Origin: Phoronis australis
Taxonomy: Eukaryota; Animalia; Phoronida
DNA length: 64,000 nt
Direction of reading: 5' to 3'
Assembly: GCA_002633005.1 (NCBI GenBank)
Contig: NMRA01000116.1
Span: forward strand, 438,035-502,034
Shown here: positions 60,996 to 64,000 of the stretch, one piece after another
Position numbering within the stretch: the first letter of the stretch is position 1
Layout: every line of letters begins with the position of its first letter
Translations under genes and position numbers: made by a program
Notes under the pieces: model-generated
What the model was told of the DNA's origin: nothing
Databases searched by the model: none
Seen by the model: the letters and a program-made list of their open reading frames with translations, nothing else

Positions 60996-63540
60996 GTAAG
61001 TTAAATGTATTTATCTGTCAAGATGACTTTCGAGATAGGCTACCCGGCTTTAGATAGGTTTGACTTGTCAACTTGTTCATATTTTCAGCCGTGATTTGTC
61101 ACGTACAAGTATACTTCTTACGAGATTCCAGAGTTCCAAACTTAAGCAGGCAGAGATTGGTTCATTTTTTCCCATTTGAGTCTAATTGAGGAGTATTTCA
61201 TATGTATTCAAAGATCACCAATGTTTATAATTTGCTACTACCTGATTACACTGTTAATTTTAGTGATTCATTGCCTTGTCCTGTATTTGTAAACAGTTAG
61301 ACTATCTGAACTTGGCCAGCACGGCTGGCACTGACGGTAGTGATCCCAAAGGGCCGCTATAGGCAGAAGCGTTTCAGCTTAGAACCAGAAGGACATCTTA
61401 GGAGGCTGGTGATAGAACTCTTCCTAGCTCGAACAAATATCGTCCGGTTACCTATTTTCGTCAGGCTCCAAAGTTCGTCCGCCATCTTGTTTCGCGTGCA
61501 GCGCAACCACGCGGGACTTAGCGTTCCAATTTGGAGTGCTCGTCTTCACGTTAGGTACTAACCTCTCGGGAGAAACACGTATCAAAGTAATGAGACAAAA
61601 ATCGGTGAGTTTACCGATTGTTTTTTAAAACCACTTAAAAATCAGTAGATTTTACTAATACACTTTTTTGTGCGTTTTCAGAAGATGTTTTCGAATTTAA
61701 ATTTTCTTCCGACGGGACACAAAACATGATCCAGGGTTTGTTTATGCAATGTATCTGTTTGTCCCAGGCACTAGTAGGATCTAGNGTCCAAAATGGGGTT
61801 CCCAATATTCCAGGGCGTCCCCACCCCCCAGCAATCCCCCACCCCCAGCAATCCCCCCAAACACACAGATTTTTTTTACATAGACCAAGGTTTTTACATC
61901 TAAGTTTACAAAAACAGCCTTCTGTAGTGAGCATTTTTACTAAAAAAAAATGTAGATCAAGACTTTTACAGTGCTATCAACCAAGTGTGAGCATAGCAAC
62001 ATTGTATATACTTTGTATATACAATGTATATTTCTTCCTGCTTTGAAAAAAGAGCCACCACTGTGAGTCTTCATAGGCGTCCCAGTAATCATTACAATGT
62101 GTGTGTCCAAACTTGAAAGGTTCCTATTGATAGTTGGCTCCAAATGATCCATTGGGTATCCTTGCCAGGGCCTCCATATTAGTGCTAGGGTGTCCATTTG
62201 GACGCCCAGGACCTACGCTGCATAAAGGCCTGATGCTCGCATGCAAACAACCAAAGTCTGTCAAAGGCAAGAGAGCTTATCTGATTTTTTTGGAATCTCT
62301 CATACACTATGCTTTTCATTCGTAATTAAATTGGCCAGAAGCCTCACTATGTTCTTAATCTCGCCGCGTGGCATACTTGTCGATCGCTAGCTGCCTTGGC
62401 TTGTGATTGGCTATTGCACAATGTTCAGTCGGGATCATTCAATGAAAGATGGAGATAAGCTCCCAGAATGTCCCTTGTTAGGTATACGGTATCCATTTAT
62501 GCAATTAGGAATCCGTACATGAAGCAGTTTGGTTAATGACGTACCAATAGGTAATATACAGCATAGTACAACACAGTGAGGTTACTAATCGTACCTGTGT
62601 TGGTGTATTTTGTAATCAAACATATGTTGTTGCTTGGCAGAATGATTTTTTTTCTTCAAATTTGGTATGTTGCTTTCTCATTTGTTTTTGTTTGTTTGGA
62701 TGTATAATACAGGTCACATTTTTACCAAGATAGTTACCATTTTTAACATCAGTTGTAGCGGTGGTTTCATGTCAGTGGCATAGCCAGTATTTGTGGATTT
62801 AGGGCCATTGTCGGTCATCACTGTTGGACAATGTCGTGTTTGGTGCCGTTATTGTTGATGTTGCAGGTTGCATTGTCCGTGTTATTAACAATGTCGGTGG
62901 CGATGTTGTGGTCTTAGAGTTCATCTGCATCATTGTCGGTGTCGTGGCCGTTGTTGTTTACTTAATATAAGTATGGTGTCACTACCTTCATCGTCATACT
63001 CCCCTCAGTCGATGCCGCCAAGTCTTAATGTCTCGCTCAATCAGAGCGTGTTCAGTTCTGAACCACTATTGCCTAATGTTTGTAGCTATTGGTGTACTTC
63101 TGTAACCCCTGGCATAGTTGGAGGCTTTTCAGCAAATTTTACCATAATGTGGCTTAACCACCAAAGTCAGAGCGCGTTAAATACCTTTTTGAAGTGTGTA
63201 AAGAGAGATACCTTTGAAAGCCGTCAATAAAACTCTTTCAAGTCTACCAAATACTCTTCTGTAATGCGAATTGTTCAAGGCTTCAAGCCCTCATTAATCC
63301 AGTGTTCTCTGTGATCCGTTGTATGTAAGTACTAATGACGTGTCGCCGCGACATGCTGATGGGTGCAGCTCAGATTAGAAATGGGTATTTCTACGGGTAA
63401 TCATCTTTCCTGGACCGGGCTTGTTCAGGAAATTTCTAATAAAATTGCTAAAAGAGTCCATGTTCTTCCCATGTGGAGGCACTATTTTCCTTAACACACA
63501 CTCCTGTGCCCTAGGTGTAATCTTTTTACTTAAAGTGATT

Positions 63541-64000
63541 TTTTTGTGCCCACATATTTATATGTGGACGCATTATGCCGTCATCTCTGTCCGTCCGTCC
63601 GTCCGGGCGGCCGGGCGGCGTCCGTCCGGTGTCCGGCGTCCGCTGCTCTATCTCCAAAACCCTTTGACATACGTTCATGAAATTTGGCACCTATGTTCCA
63701 TTCATGAATGGGACGGCATGTGCGAACTTTCAGACGGATCCGACTACCGGTGTGCCCCCTAGCGGCAATTTTATTTTTTTACACTTACCTTTGTATCTTC
63801 AAAAGTCCTGAACGGATTTTCATGAAATTTGGTATGTAGGCACCTAGTAGTGAGATGACGCTATCCTGCCGTTTTCAGATGGATTCGACATAGTTTGCGC
63901 CACCTAGTGGCCATTTTTAGTGTTTTCGAGTCTGTTTTTGTGCGTCCACCCCTCTATCAACCAAACTGCTCAAAGGATGATTGTGAAAATTGGCATGTAT
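63541..64000 (+). mobile_element. Helentron-associated (HINE/DINE-1/pearl-like) non-autonomous element, truncated by the window end
   Basis: T-run, short hairpin (CCACATA..TATGTGG), (GTCC)n microsatellite 63589-63640, then ~145-160-bp degenerate repeats marked by CATGAAATTTGG (63676, 63821, ~63983). Confidence 0.65.

Noticed and set aside
61452-61490. CAAGATGGCG...|GTAACC as first coding exon (MADELWSLTKI) of the TLDc gene
   Set aside because: Its phase-1 donor is incompatible with the phase-0 exon at 55015, it adjoins a MITE-family end, and the MGNPQS exon at 60553 fits the family better.

Overview
AT-rich, intron-rich animal genomic DNA. Gene content and repeats suggest a marine lophotrochozoan invertebrate, but the species cannot be determined. 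I reconstructed by hand: (1) the 3' 19 exons of a receptor (NPR-like) guanylyl cyclase (+, <1-18515). One of its introns holds a same-strand, intronless 622-aa pseudokinase ORF (4880-6748), and its unusual ~205-aa Ser-rich tail ends in candidate RVxF and PxIxIT phosphatase-docking motifs. (2) An intronless SLC46/PCFT-family MFS transporter (+, 20746-22356). (3) A region of decayed C-type-lectin/PAN-like coding remnants (~26.6-30.3 kb). (4) Selenoprotein M (-, 31809-36028) with an in-frame UGA (CSGU), a canonical SECIS and a U12-type intron. (5) DPM1 (+, 36285-45101), head-to-head with SELENOM; exons 2-4 occur twice across a single-N gap, probably two haplotypes. (6) A 12-exon N-myristoylated TLDc-domain gene (-, 47508-60553). 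There are also many MITEs, a tRNA-derived SINE, micro/minisatellites and a Helentron-associated-like repeat carrying CTCF-consensus motifs. All gene models come from manual translation and splice-site reading; no database searches were run.
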